A stretch of 64,000 nt of DNA from Octopus bimaculoides. Taxonomy: Eukaryota. Shown here piece after piece: positions 37,062-49,319 of the stretch. The stretch lies in the NCBI RefSeq assembly GCF_001194135.2, contig NC_068986.1, positions 5,277,416-5,341,415 of the forward strand, written 5' to 3'. Below the pieces are notes generated by a model. The model had not been told where the DNA came from. It made no database searches and worked only from the letters and a program-made list of their open reading frames with translations. Position 1 is the stretch's first letter. Every line of letters begins with the position of its first letter. Made by a program: the position numbers and the translations under genes.

Positions 37062-37693
37062 GGCACTGTCATAGTATTAGCTGTCAGAAGTGAAAGTAGA
37101 ACTGACAAGGAACGTTACTGCTGGTTTGAGTTGATTCTTTGGCTACTGACTGACCGGAGCTATCTATCTGTCTGTCTGTCTGCCTATCTCACTATCTATA
37201 TATATCTATCTATCTATCTATCTATCACTCGTTCACCTCTGTTTGTGTCCGTAAAATTTATCAAATTAGAAAACGCAAATTTAATATAAAAATATATTTT
37301 CTGAAATTAGAAATTATTTAAGATATAAAAATATAATTTTCAATAGAGAGAATTTATCAAAATAGAAAACAAATGAAGTTTGAAGTTTAAAAATAATAGG
37401 ATCGACCACTCACGACTAGCTAGCGCGGACGCGCAACTGCGCGTTCGGGACCACTCTGCTTTAGTAGTACCCTTATACTCTGTGTGTTTTCAAACGCATG
37501 GATATAGGTGTCAAATTTGTTCCAATAACTTTCGAGTGATAGATAGAGAGAGAGAGACAGACAGACAGATAGCTCGCTCCGGCCAGTTATGGTATTAGCT
37601 GTCAGTAGCCAAAGAATCAACTCAAACCAGCAGTAACGTTCTTTGTCAGATTTTTCTACTTTCACTTCTGACAGCTAATACCATGACAGTGCC
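37062..37693. mobile_element. Foldback/MITE with long TIRs and 8-bp TSD (GG-terminated; Merlin- or Mutator-like) in SNAP29 intron 1
   Basis: Arms GGCACTGTCAT(A/G)GTATTAGCTGTCAGAAGTGAAAGTAG... (about 37062-37200 and 37545-37693) are reverse complements; perfect TSD GAAAAAGT at 37054-37061 and 37694-37701. Confidence 0.9.
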
Positions 37694-38129
37694 GAAAAAG
37701 TAGATCTGCAACTTAGGGCTGACTTGTGTTGGTCAGGTCTCAAAGCATCTCACTGCTTACTGCAGTCCTTCTTCATCACCTGGCACATATAGCAACACAG
37801 AAAAACTAACTCTGGTGTAGTGTATCATCATTTTTAGCATGGTTTTTATAACTGGATACCCTTCTTATCACCAAACCACTTTACATTATGGACTGGGTAC
37901 ATTTTATTGTGTCAGTAGCATACGGGATTTTGTCCCCAATAAGAATAGACTGCTTTACCTTATGCTGTCTTGCATGTGTGTGTGTGTTTGTGTAAGAGAG
38001 AGAGTATATTTTGTATGTATATACATATATAAATTAGTTGAAAGACTAATGTGGTTGCTGTTTAGGTTGAATATTCCTTGGTTAATATGAGCAAGGGAGC
38101 AAAGGATTGGAGAGAATGCTTAGAAAGCT

Positions 38130-39100
38130 AGTGATTATAGCAAGTCTGAGTTAATCCTTGCTAATCAGCCAGATGGACGTCTTTTGCATGCTGACTAAAC
38201 TATTTGTGTATATTCAACAGCAGAATCCCAGATCTGTACACTAATGTAGGTTGTACTTGAGATTTATAGGAGGTCAGCAACAGGACTGAAGTATTATCAG
38301 GTCCTAAAGAGAAAAGTCTTTGGAATGTAAAAGATCATCAGAAATCACGAAGCCTAGTATTTGTAGTAAGTGGATGGTATCAATGTGCAGAAGATGAATC
38401 CATGAAGGATGATATCATGTGCATAGAAATTTGTGTGTGTGTGTATTGTTGGTAGTAGGTTGTTAGTGTATAGAAAGATGAATGTGGGGTGCATAACTAA
38501 ACTTTGTGGTAGACCAGAGTTCATAGTATGGGTCTTAGAGCTATTTTCAATCAAAGAGATAACACTATCATTTTTGAGATGGTGGAAGTGAAAGCTGTAG
38601 CTGATAGGACTGGAGAAGTTGTGTATTTTTTGTGCATTTCCAAATATTGGAATATATTCCTGAAGAGAGAGAAATTGAAGAGTTTATCAAGGATAGAAGC
38701 TGCACTAGAGCGTATCACTTGAAGGTCATGGAAAGGATGCTGTCAGGATTGGTAACTTTGTGTCGGTGTGATTAGATGAGTTTGTAGAATGTGTGCAGTG
38801 TGAAATTAGAGGTTTTGTCGGTGATACTGCTACTGAGCCATCTTAGTTGAGGAATGGTGGTTAGGAGGATTTTACAAAGCTGGTAAAGGACTTTTTGGCA
38901 AGGAACAAGGACTGGCTGTAGTTTGAAAGGTAAGAAGGCTTGCAGACCATGTGATACACAAAAGAATTGTTTGCTTTTCTGTTCCTAGTTTTGTAGTTGA
39001 TGGTGGTATATTTAGCAGCAGCAGTAGTGGTTGTGGTGGTAGGTGGCTGGTTGCCTCCCAGAAGATATAAGCAGTGGCCTTTTCTTGCATTGTTCAGCAT
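38130..39100 (-). mobile_element. Decayed CR1/Jockey-group LINE RT fragment
   Basis: NSGLPQSLVMHPTFIFLYTNNLL...FYAHDIILH corresponds to SGVPQGSVL.P.LF..YINDL...YADD. Confidence 0.7.
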
Positions 39101-39937
39101 AGCAGCAGGAAAACTACTTGTAGAGTTTTAATAGTGTGTGTGTGGAATATGAAAGAACATGCTTAGGAGGATGGATTCAATCACTGGTTTAGCTATCTCA
39201 GATTGATTGTAGCTGATAGACACTGGGAATAATAGACATAAAATTGGCAGAGCTCCATCAATTAGCTGGTTTGAAATTTCCGTAATTCTTTATAATTAAT
39301 TTCAATCAATTTATTTTTCATTCCATTTTAAATCAGAATAAGAACCTACCTATTAAGTATGGAATATTTGGTATTTTTCCATGCAAGAATTATTTAGATA
39401 TTTTGAATTCTATCAAATGCATAAAAATGTGGGAAGCCCATCAAGATTAAACTTTAATTAGGTTTTCAGTATTACCAATTTTGAAAGGAACAGTGATGCT
39501 GTTGTTCATACTTTTATCATTCTGTGCTTGACTGGAAAGATTGTAGTGACTGCATATATGAAAATTGTAGAGGATTTTTGTGGGACTACTAGAGTAATGA
39601 AGTTATACCTTATACAGTAATCCTAATCATAATTTTATGTCTGCTTTTTTTATATTGGTTGGTATGGGTTGGAGAATATATTTCAGTGCAGTGTTTTACC
39701 ACTAGTGGTCCTTTGTAATTTCCATTGGAAGGCCCAGAGTATACTAATTGTTTGCACATCTGTTTTCTTCTTCCATTGGCTCCTTCTACATGCAACATCA
39801 TTTGACACTTTTTCACTTAACTATCATTCTTCATACACATTGCATATCCCTTTTTCCACCACAGTATTCTCTTTTGCTCGTTGCAACTGATTCCTTTAAT
39901 GCCCAGTATTTTCTCTATACAAGTGAGATGGGGTCTT

Positions 39938-40059
39938 CTGACCCATCTAGAAGAGTTGTAAAGCCAAATAAGAATTGACCCAGACAGAAGAGTTGTCAAT
40001 CTGAATAAGATTTGACCCAGACAGAAGAGTTGTCAATTTGGATAAGAATTGACCCAGAC
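39938..40059. repeat. 37-bp minisatellite (~3.3 copies)
   Basis: Unit ATAAGAATTGACCCAGACAGAAGAGTTGTCAATCTGA repeated in tandem; the first copy is degenerate. Confidence 0.9.
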
Positions 40060-41837
40060 TGGTATGTTTAACTCATACTAGCTTGGAAGACAGATGTAAA
40101 GCAATGAGGATTATCTGAGCTACATTATTATTTTTTTTTTGCTTTCAAAACCTTTTGGAAACATTTTCAAAGCATCTTGACCTCACTTCTTTAACCTATT
40201 GTTTAATTCATTAGACTGCAGCTATTGTGGCGCATAGCCTATAAGGGTTTAGTCAAATAAATTGACTGAAGTAGTTTTTTTTTTTTAAGTCTTGTACTTA
40301 TTTTGTCAGTCCCTTTTGCCAAACTGCTAAATTACAGGGACATAAACAGACCAACAGCAGTTGTGGTGGGAGACAAACGCAAAGACATACACATATAATG
40401 GGCATGCACAGAGTTTCTGGATACCAAATGCACTTACAAAGTGCCATAGCAGAAGACACTTGCCCAAGTTGTTGCATAGTAGGACTGAACACCAAAAGAA
40501 ACAAAATTTGTAAAATAAAGGTTTAAGTTGTACATAACAAGGTGCACTACAACAGTAAATATCCATAACACACCCTTTTAAAACAACCATAAATCTATAT
40601 GCTATTATTAATCTCATCTTTAGAAATAAAGTGGTTTTCTATATTTACATCTACATAACAGTAAGCTAGCAGAATCGTTAGCATACCAGGCAAAATGCTT
40701 AGCAACATTACATCCTTTTGGGGTCAATAGAATTAGTACCAGGTGAACACTAGAGCTAATGAAATTGACTTAGTTCCTTCCCCAAAATTGCTGGCCTTGT
40801 GCCAAAATTTGAGACATCTAGACATTTTGATTGGTTTGATCTTCAATTGTAATCAGGTGTCTTTGTTCTGGATGTATACACAGTAGTCGATTGGATTTTG
40901 TCATTGCCAGTGCTGGTGGCATGTAAAAAGCACCATTTGAGTGTGATTGATGCCAGTACCACCTGACTGGCCCTCGTGCCGGTGGCATGTAAAAAGCACC
41001 CACTACACTTGGAGTGGTTGGCGTTAGGAAGGGCATCTAGCTGTCAAAACCATACCAGATCAGATTAGAGCCTGGTGCAGCCTTCCGGCTTGCCAGTTCT
41101 CAGTCAAATGGTCCAATCCATGCCAGCATGGAAAGCGAATGTTAAACAATGATGATGATGATGATGATGATGAGGTAATATTAAGACACCTGATGACATA
41201 TCAAACCAGTTGAAATATAGCTGGCAGAATCATTAGCATGCCAGACAAAATGCATATCAGCATTTCTTGTAGCTTTACATTCTGAGTTCAAATATCAGCA
41301 AGGTTGACCTTGCTTTTCATCCTTTCAGGATCAATAAAATAAGTACTAGTTGAGTGCTGCGGTTGATGTAACTGATCAGCCCCCTCCTTTAAAATTTCAA
41401 GCCTTGTACCTATTAGTAGACAGAAATATTGGAAACATCTTACAGGTCTAGATATAAAGGTTATAGTTTGAAAAATTATAACCTAATTAATGACTCCTCT
41501 TAAACATTTATAATAGTAATAAATGTGAAATTCTATCTGCCTGTCCATCCAGGACCCCTTTATCTCAGTCTCCATTTGCTCTACATAGACATATTATACC
41601 TTTTTGAAATTAGGATGATCCTGGGATTGAAAATCTGCCTTTCATTTGGTTCTTGAACATCCAGCATTAAGATCAGGTCTGGATGAGGATTTGGTAATGC
41701 TAACAGCTGAAAATTCAAATTTTAAAAGAGCTCCCAAAATTTGTGAACTTAAAAGTTTTCATTTAAACTGAATTTAAAACAATACCACATTGGTAGGGTA
41801 CCAATAGGGGCTTTATTATTATTGCACTGTTTAAGAC

Positions 41838-42052
41838 AGTGAGCTGGCAGAATCGTTAGCATGCAAGGCGAAATGCTTAGCCATATTTCGCTTGCCGCTA
41901 CTTTCTGAGTTCAAATTCTGCCGAGGTTGACCTTGCCTGTCATCCTTTCAGGGTTGATAAATTAAGTACCAGTGAAACACTGGGGTCAATGTAAGCAACT
42001 AGTCCCCTCCCACAAATTTCAGGCCTTATGTCTTTTGTAGAAAGAATTACTA
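41838..42052 (+). mobile_element. Well-preserved tRNA-headed CORE-like SINE just upstream of SNAP29 exon 2 (other copies at about 1268-1440, 10150-10370, 41215-41430, 51507-51711 -, 55470-55675 -, 60675-60860)
   Basis: GTGAGCTGGCAGAATCGTTAGCA...TTCTGAGTTCAAATTCTGCC...GCCTGTCATCCTTTCAGGGTTGATAAATTAAGTACCAG...(ATT)n tail. Confidence 0.88.
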
Positions 42053-42197
42053 TTGCTCTGTTTAGCTTTGGGTCATAGGCCCAATTAGCCCTTTGCAGGA
42101 GCTAGCATAAGAGTCCACACCAAGTGCGACTTTTAAGCTAGTTTAACATAATTTGAAAGTTATGATTAATAAGTGAATGTTTATTTTTATTATTCAG

Positions 42198-42600
42198 GAA
42201 TTACTTCATCAAGGTGAACAACTGGACAATATAGAAAGGAAAACAGATTCAATGTCTGTAACCTTGACAGCATCTCAGAAACATATAAATAATATCAAAA
42301 GTGTGTTTGGTGGCATTAAAAATTGGTGGAATCGTGGATCAGACAAGAAACTTAGTGAAACAGATTCCCCACCTTCACGTAATAGCCAGCTGAAAGAGGC
42401 AGTGAACAGTGCAGAAAAGATACCACGACCAGTTGGAGGAACTCACCGAAAACAAGAACTAAATGATATGTACACTGATGGGCCTGTTGATTTAGATAGG
42501 AAGTTTTTGGCTGGAAGTCGTATGGCTGATAGCCAGATGCCTGATCAATCACGTCATATAACAAATAGTCAACATGAAACAAAGATGAATGAAAACTTAG
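42198..42600 (+). CDS. SNAP29: SNAP29 exon 2 (ELLHQGEQLDNIE...NIKSVFGGIKNWW...MNENL)
   Basis: attcag acceptor, GTATGT donor; Qb SNARE motif with central Q and the IKSVFGG..N signature. Confidence 0.96.
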
Positions 42601-43339
42601 GTATGTATACTGTTAGTTCCAAACATACCATTTTATTTTAGTGTTTAATCATCATTGTCATTTAATGTCAATTTTCTATGCTTGCATAAGTTGGACAGTT
42701 TGACAGGAGCTGGTTACACAGAAAACTGCCAGGCTTTAGAAAGGTGTCAAATGTGTCCTCTTTATATTGTCTTCCTGTTTGCATTAGTCCATATAGATAG
42801 TATTTATGTTTATTGTTTGGTTGAGTTCCTACTCCTATCTTGTCTTTATTATTGAGGGCATTTAAAAGTTGATATAGAAAATAAAAATTGTAGGCATTGG
42901 AGGCTTTCTGGTTAAAGAATGAATGGTTATAGAGTTACAGGTAATTGTTTTAATATGGGTAATATCATTTACATTTTTGTGCATTTAGTGTTGCAGATGA
43001 AACAAACAGTATTTTTGATAAGAAATACATTGACACTTTCATTGTAGTACTATGGAAGAAATAATCTTAGTGATAGCAAAAGCTGGATTGCTAAATGAAG
43101 TAGGATTGTGTTGAGAATTGCTCACAGTACTCCTATTAAAATAAAGAATAAGACATATAACAATAATAAAATAGAATCTAAAGACAGTAAAATCTCTAGC
43201 AGGTATAATAATAGAAAGGATAAAAATGAGAAGAATGGAGCCTATTCTAATAATAACATAAATACCGGTAATGAGACCATAATTAATTATCAAACTAAGG
43301 GTTCCAGAAGTAGTAGAGGGACTGATAGGATCTGCTTTC

Positions 43340-44095
43340 ATGAAACATAGGAATACTAAGAATAATAATGTTGTCTGGTATAACATTCCTTTCAATTGTG
43401 CAATCTCTACCAATGTATATAATAGGTTTATGGCGATTTTGGAGAAAAACTTCCCAGCTTCACATAAGTATAGCAAACTCTTCTCCCATAGGAGAATCAG
43501 AATCTCATATTCCACCCCTCAAAATACAGGTACAATTATAGCCCACTTGAACATAAAAAATATAAACTTAGCCTGTGAGATTGATAATAATAATGATAAT
43601 AGTAGTATAACCCCTAATAATGATTCTAATAATAGTAGATATGTAAGAATCCAAAACAATAGGACTAATATAAATAAAGGTAATAGTACGTATGATAACT
43701 CAAGCAATAATGACTTAACATTTGATAATATTGCAATGAATTTGAGCGATACCTCTAATGGTGACACTGTAAATGTTAATGATAGGGGAAGTAATGATAA
43801 TAATAATATCTGCAGCTGCAATTGTAGAGAAGGATCCCAGTGCCCATTATTGGGTTGGTGTTTAGCTGAAAACGTCATATATAAATGTACAATAATGACG
43901 GAAACTAATAACTTCATTTACATTGCGTGCAATGAAAAAATGCCTTGATAACAATTTTTCATCTTTTAGACGTAGGCATAAAGCTAACAGTACCTCATTA
44001 TCTATGGAAATCTAGGAACTCAAGGATAGTAATAGTGAATTTAGCCTGAAATGGGATATAGTCCATAGAGCTGAGCCATACAAAAATTGCAATTT
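43340..44095 (+). mobile_element. Penelope-like element C-terminal fragment (linker + Cys motif + GIY-YIG endonuclease) in SNAP29 intron 2
   Basis: VVWYNIPF (cf. IIWFNPPF), NFPASHKYSKLF..RRIRISYS, CNCREGSQCPLLGWCLAENVIYKC, FIYI.; after the stop, SSFRRRHKANSTSLSMEI*ELKD and WDIV. Confidence 0.88.
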
Positions 44096-44227
44096 TATTG
44101 TTGAAAATGCACCTAAATTTCAAAAATTTTGAAGATTTTAACTAGTATGTTGTTTTATATATACTCCTTCTAGTCACTGTAGCAGTGTTGTTAATTTATT
44201 TAAAATTTGTTAATATTTTAATTTCAG

Positions 44228-44394
44228 ATTTGATGTCCACTGGCCTGTCTCGATTAAAAGGTCTTGCTTCAGAACTAGGTAATGAAATAGAAGAACAAAA
44301 TCTTCAGTTGGATCGCATTAACACAAAAGTCGAGGGAGTTGATTCTTTAATTCAGGGTCAAGAGAAACAGTTACGAAGAATCTTGAGGAAATAA
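44228..44394 (+). CDS. SNAP29: SNAP29 exon 3 (Qc SNARE: DLMSTGLSRLKGLASELGNEIEEQNLQLDRI...; TAA stop)
   Basis: tttcag acceptor; GLSRLKGLA..LG.EIE.QN motif. Three exons total 798 nt = 265 aa + stop. Confidence 0.96.
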
Positions 44395-45571
44395 GAATTT
44401 AAAAAACAGTCACCCAAATAAAATAATGAACACATCTTCAGAATTAAGTTGTTGACTTACTCCAGAAAAAAACCCCAAAAAACAAACAAGAAACAAACCT
44501 TTTTGATATTTCAATTAACACATTTAACAAATACAAAATTAATTAATGTTTTCTAATTAAGATGTAAAAATTTAAATATTGCAAATATAATTTTTTGTTT
44601 TGTTTTGTTTTTTTAATTACTATCTTTGTTTGTTGTCTTGCAACATACCAATTCTTCTCAGTCTTGCTTGTTTTTAGTTTTGGTTGTGCTCTCTCTCTCT
44701 CTCTCTCGCACACACACACACACATGTACATTCAAATTCTGTTAAAATTTACCATTCTTCTTTCTTTCATATTATTTTTAAAATTGAATTAAACAGACTC
44801 CAGTTGTGTTAACAGTCAGACATCATATCTATGTTGTTAAACTATCATACCAGAACATTTACTCAATATTATTTCTGTTTATGTAACTTGAAATACATAC
44901 TAAAGGTGACAACAAAATTCTATCTTGGATTTATAATCAAAGCATTTTGTCAGTATTGTGCAAAATGTTTGANNNNNNNNNNNNNNNNNNNNNNNNNNNN
45001 NNNNNNNNNNNNNNNNNNNNNNNNNNNNNNNNNNNNNNNNNNNNNNNNNNNNNNNNNNNNNNNNNNNNNNNNNNNNNNNNNNNNNNNNNNNNNNNNNNNN
45101 NNNNNNNNNNNNNNNNNNNNNNNNNNNNNNNNNNNNNNNNNNNNNNNNNNNNNNNNNNNNNNNNNNNNNNNNNNNNNNNNNNNNNNNNNNNNNNNNNNNN
45201 NNNNNNNNNNNNNNNNNNNNNNNNNNNNNNNNNNNNNNNNNNNNNNNNNNNNNNNNNNNNNNNNNNNNNNNNNNNNNNNNNNNNNNNNNNNNNNNNNNNN
45301 NNNNNNNNNNNNNNNNNNNNNNNNNNNNNNNNNNNNNNNNNNNNNNNNNNNNNNNNNNNNNNNNNNNNNNNNNNNNNNNNNNNNNNNNNNNNNNNNNNNN
45401 NNNNNNNNNNNNNNNNNNNNNNNNNNNNNNNNNNNNNNNNNNNNNNNNNNNNNNNNNNNNNNNNNNNNNNNNNNNNNNNNNNNNNNNNNNNNNNNNNNNN
45501 NNNNNNNNNNNNNNNNNNNNNNNNNNNNNNNNNNNNNNNNNNNNNNNNNNNNNNNNNNNNNNNNNNACTAG

Positions 45572-45905
45572 TTATCATCATCATCATCATCATCATCATC
45601 GTTTAACGTCCGCTTTCCATGCTAGCATGGGTTGGACGATTTGACTGAGGACTGGTGAAACCGGATGGCAACACCAGGCTCCAGTCTGATTTGGCAGAGT
45701 TTCTACAGCTGGATGCCCTTCCTAACGCCAACCACTCAGAGAGCGTAGTGGGTGCTTTTACGTGTCACCCGCACGAAAACGGCACTGGCAACGATCTTAC
45801 TTGGCTTGCCGGGTCTTCTCACGCACAGCACATTTCCAAAGGTCTCGGTCAGTAGTCATCGCCTCGGTGAGGCCCAATGTACGAAGGTCTTGCCTCACCA
45901 CCTCA
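45572..45905 (-). mobile_element. Young V-domain-like repeat copy with RTE 3' end
   Basis: (CAT)n followed by the reverse complement of the V-domain consensus and GCCTCGGTGAGGCCCAA RTE end. Confidence 0.85.
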
Positions 45906-47407
45906 GCCCTATTATCTTAAGAAGGATAATCCAATGCAGGAAAAGAATACTGAATGTTGTTATTCAAATTTGTTTTGGTGATCTGTACAGATGTAAAACT
46001 AAAACTGTTTACAAATAGTCTTATTATTATATCAGAGTTGGCAGAGTTGTTTAGAGTGTTGTATTTCTTCTGATTCTTTACATGATGAGTTCAAATTCCA
46101 CCTTATATCCCTTTGGTGTTGATAAAATAAAATATCAGTCCAAGTACTCAAGATGATGATATCAGCTAATCCCCTACCCCCATAACTAGTGGTCTTGTGC
46201 CAAAATTAGAAACAGATATCATACAAGAGGTCTTAGTTATTATACCAATGAAATTATTTAATTAACTTATTTAAAAGTTGATCAAAAATAAGAGTGATGA
46301 AAAGGAAAAAAAAACAAATTTTTATTGCAAATTTGAAACTATTGATGTGTATGTGTGTGTAGTTTAGACTATCAGGAATTTGGAACATATTGTCATGCAA
46401 TAATGATAGTATTACTGTACAACTTAACTATTGTCTTCTAGCTGATTTTAATAATATGATTTATAAAAAAAATATGCTTATTGTTTTAATGTGATGAGAA
46501 TTTGCTATACAAAAAAGAGCATCCAATATCATTTACTTGCTGATGAGTGTCTATAGATAATTAAATCCACCCCACCCTTCTTATATGTACTAATTTATAG
46601 ACTAAATACATTGGTTTGGCTTCATATTTTACTTATTGTCTGCTAGCTAGTTTAAAAATTTGTGCATTGAGACACAGCTCTTACTTTTTTGATATATTGC
46701 ATTACAAACAGGCATCCAGTCATAGAAACCATGCCTAAACAGACATTGTAGCTTGACACGTTTGTTAATGTTAGCCTAGACATTGGAGCTTGACACAGTC
46801 CTTTGACTTGTCAAATCTTGTCAAACCATCCAACCCATTGATGCTAAACGATGATGAATGTGGGTAGAAAAGATTGATATATGAATTTACATTAGTATCC
46901 ATTATAGTACATTTATGGTCATTATAGTGGTTTCGCAAAATATTGAACTTGGTCCTTTTTGCTACACTGTAAGTTTTTTTTTTCCTTTTCAAAAAAAAAA
47001 AAAAAAAAATGTTAGTAGTTTCCAGGCACTATGTTAATTCTTTGTTAGTATAAGAACAATAATAATATTACTCACATTGTTAATAACATTTTGCAGAGAA
47101 TTGATCCATTGAGACTTAATTCAAATGTAAACATTTGTTAATGTTACTGTGAATATTGGCAGCCTAGCCTGTAATGCAATTAGAATTACTAATTGCAGTT
47201 ATTTTGCTTCACTTATTTTATTGATGCCATAGAGGAAAATGTGAAAGTCATTCACATTCACTAATTCCCTTATAAACAGAATGAACTGTAAGGATTCTTT
47301 GGTTATTTTTGATAGAATTTAGTTTATATATTTGAGTGCTTTAACTATGATGGCAAAGTGCTGCTATAAAACTCAGTTGCACAAAATATAACTTTAATAT
47401 ACATTAA

Positions 47408-47613
47408 CCCTTTAGCATTCAGATTTTTCTGTCAAATATAATGGTTATTTATTGACACTGTTTTGAATTAATCATGTATTATTTTATACATTTGAGATTT
47501 TAATGATATAATTGTATATTTTTAGAATGACATTGTAGGGTGGATCTTGACAGTTTGAACATAAAACAGGTAAAATATTTGGACTGGATATAGCTGGTTT
47601 AAATGCTAAAGGG
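47408..47613. mobile_element. piggyBac-type MITE (206 bp)
   Basis: TTAA-CCCTTTAGCATT...AATGCTAAAGGG-TTAA: perfect 12-bp TIR and TTAA TSD. Confidence 0.92.
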
Positions 47614-48050
47614 TTAAAATTGGATCAGAAGCCAGTTAATAGTTTAAGCCTTAAAAATTTAGAATCTTTGAATGTGAAATAATTTATTTTTTTTAAGTGT
47701 AGAACACGATGTAGATAATGCTATAAGTAATAGCATGTAGATATTTTGAATAGAAAAAGTTTTTCCTTGATATAGTCTACTTCCTGAAATATTTTTGAAT
47801 TATACAGTTATACTTTAACTTGTTCTTATAAAGACTCATATGATGGAAGAAAGAAATCATTGGGTGTTAGAAAATGCCTCCTGTCTTTCAGTGCTGAATT
47901 TTAAGCTCTGAAGCTTGTTTTAACCCCTCCCCTCTTTGAAAAGAGAAAGCTACTTTTGGCTAATCACTAGTAGAACAAACTAGGGCCTATCATAATTGTT
48001 GTTTTGTAACTTCATTAATATTTTTCAGAATGTTCCAATGGCATTCACTA

Positions 48051-48206
48051 GCGTTAGGAAGGGCATCCAGCTGTAGAAACTCTGCCAAATTTAGATTGGA
48101 GCCTGGTGTTGCCATCCGGTTTCACCAGTCCTCAGTCAAATCGTCCAACCCATGCTAGCATGGAAAGCGGACGTTAAACGATGATGATGATGATGATGAT
48201 GATGAT
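48051..48206 (+). mobile_element. Young V-domain-like repeat copy
   Basis: Near-identical to the reverse complement of 45600-45730, including the diagnostic GTTGCCATCCGGTTTCACC. Confidence 0.88.
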
Positions 48207-48399
48207 ATATATATACGAGAAATACTTAGTAGTTTCTATTGTACATGTATTTGCTGAGTCAAACAGCCTAATAAACGTATGGACTTCTGAATATTTTGCT
48301 GGAAAAGCTAGCAGACTTACAACATTAACATGTAGTAAAATATGAGGGTAGATGAGCATCACAAAGAAATTGTGCATATTTGTTTTGTAAGATGCTTAA

Positions 48400-48950
48400 G
48401 TTACTAGTATTGGTAAGGTTAGAACTTATGTTACCAATATTTGCACTGATCCAGAAAGGTAGTGTGTTATAAATTTAGCAAATCTGAAATAACTATATTA
48501 AGTCTAAATCTGTTTCCTGGTAAGAAGGAAATTTCCAATCCAATGAAAGCATTTTTAAAGGATTGGTTTCTTCACAATACTCACGTTCTAGCATTTCTTT
48601 GAAAAACTTCAAAAGAAGCAGGCATTTTGGAAAGAAAAAACAACTATTACACAGCAATCAAAGATCAGAAAATTATTCATCAAATTTTATTAGAATAATG
48701 CAGAAATATATATTCATATTTAATACTATATAGATTTGCCAAGAAATTTCTTTTTCAATGATAATCTTTGTTATTTTTTACCCTTTCGTAAAGATTTTCT
48801 CCTGCTGGGGGAGACATTGGGCTTCAATGTGGCCTAAGCAAACCAAATCTTTTACCTCAGTCTTCAGTTGAAAACATTTCCTTTACTTTGTTAATGCCAT
48901 CAATATCACTCACCTCTATTGTCTCTCCTCTTTTATAGCAAAAGCCTTGT
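48400..48950 (-). mobile_element. Decayed L1/Tx1-like LINE RT C-terminal fragment
   Basis: Stop-riddled single frame ...HWKRNFLANL...KI**IIF*SLIAV**LFFLSKMPASFEVFQR resembles W..R.LSL.GK.LI.NSL..SKL.Y....P. Confidence 0.5.
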
Positions 48951-49151
48951 GCTTATACCCAAAATTATTACTAAAATGTTTTGTTTTGTTTTTGTTTTTT
49001 CTTGTATATTTGATGTATTGAAAACAATTGGGGGGGGGGCTATTTTGATTTTTGTTTAATTTAAAATATTTCAATAAGTTTTTCAGAAATGGATGTATTT
49101 TTATTCAATAAAAGAATTAACTGATTCAATTTGACTAATTTGTAACTCTAA

Positions 49152-49319
49152 CTCTTTAGCATTCAGATTACTCTGTCAAATGTAATGCTTTTCAAAGATG
49201 CCATTGTATATTTTTAGAATGACATTGTAGAGGAGGTGTGAGATGTTGGATCTAGGCAGTTTGAACATAAAAGCGTCAGAATATTTTGGCTGGATGTACC
49301 TGATTTGAATGTTAATGGG
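49152..49319. mobile_element. Second, internally deleted copy of the piggyBac-type MITE
   Basis: CTCTTTAGCATTCAGATTACTCTGTCAAA...GAATGTTAATGGG-TTAA shares its body with 47408-47613. Confidence 0.8.

Noticed and set aside
39938-40059. CRISPR-like repeat length (37 bp) with internal palindrome
   Set aside because: Units are directly adjacent with no unique spacers, no cas genes, and the context is a eukaryotic intron.
41838-41925. tRNA-like A/B boxes in SINE heads
   Set aside because: No complete cloverleaf; these are SINE 5' regions rather than tRNA genes.
43039-43515. 158-aa hydrophobic, membrane-protein-like ORF on the minus strand
   Set aside because: It is the antisense reading of the (AAT)-rich Penelope fragment (ATT/TTA codons give Ile/Leu).
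44831-45606. Long ORFs of 219-246 aa in the ORF track (also 52262-53278, 29105-29376, 644-919)
   Set aside because: They are long only because they run through N gaps.
48230-48640. Apparent three-exon minus-strand small gene (MPASFEVFQRNART|FAKFITHYLSGSVQIL|QNIQKSIRLL...) with plausible GT-AG sites
   Set aside because: The same frame read without splicing resembles a stop-riddled L1/Tx1 RT C-terminus, and the spliced 50-aa product matches no family I recognise; the splice-like sites are probably chance in AT-rich DNA.
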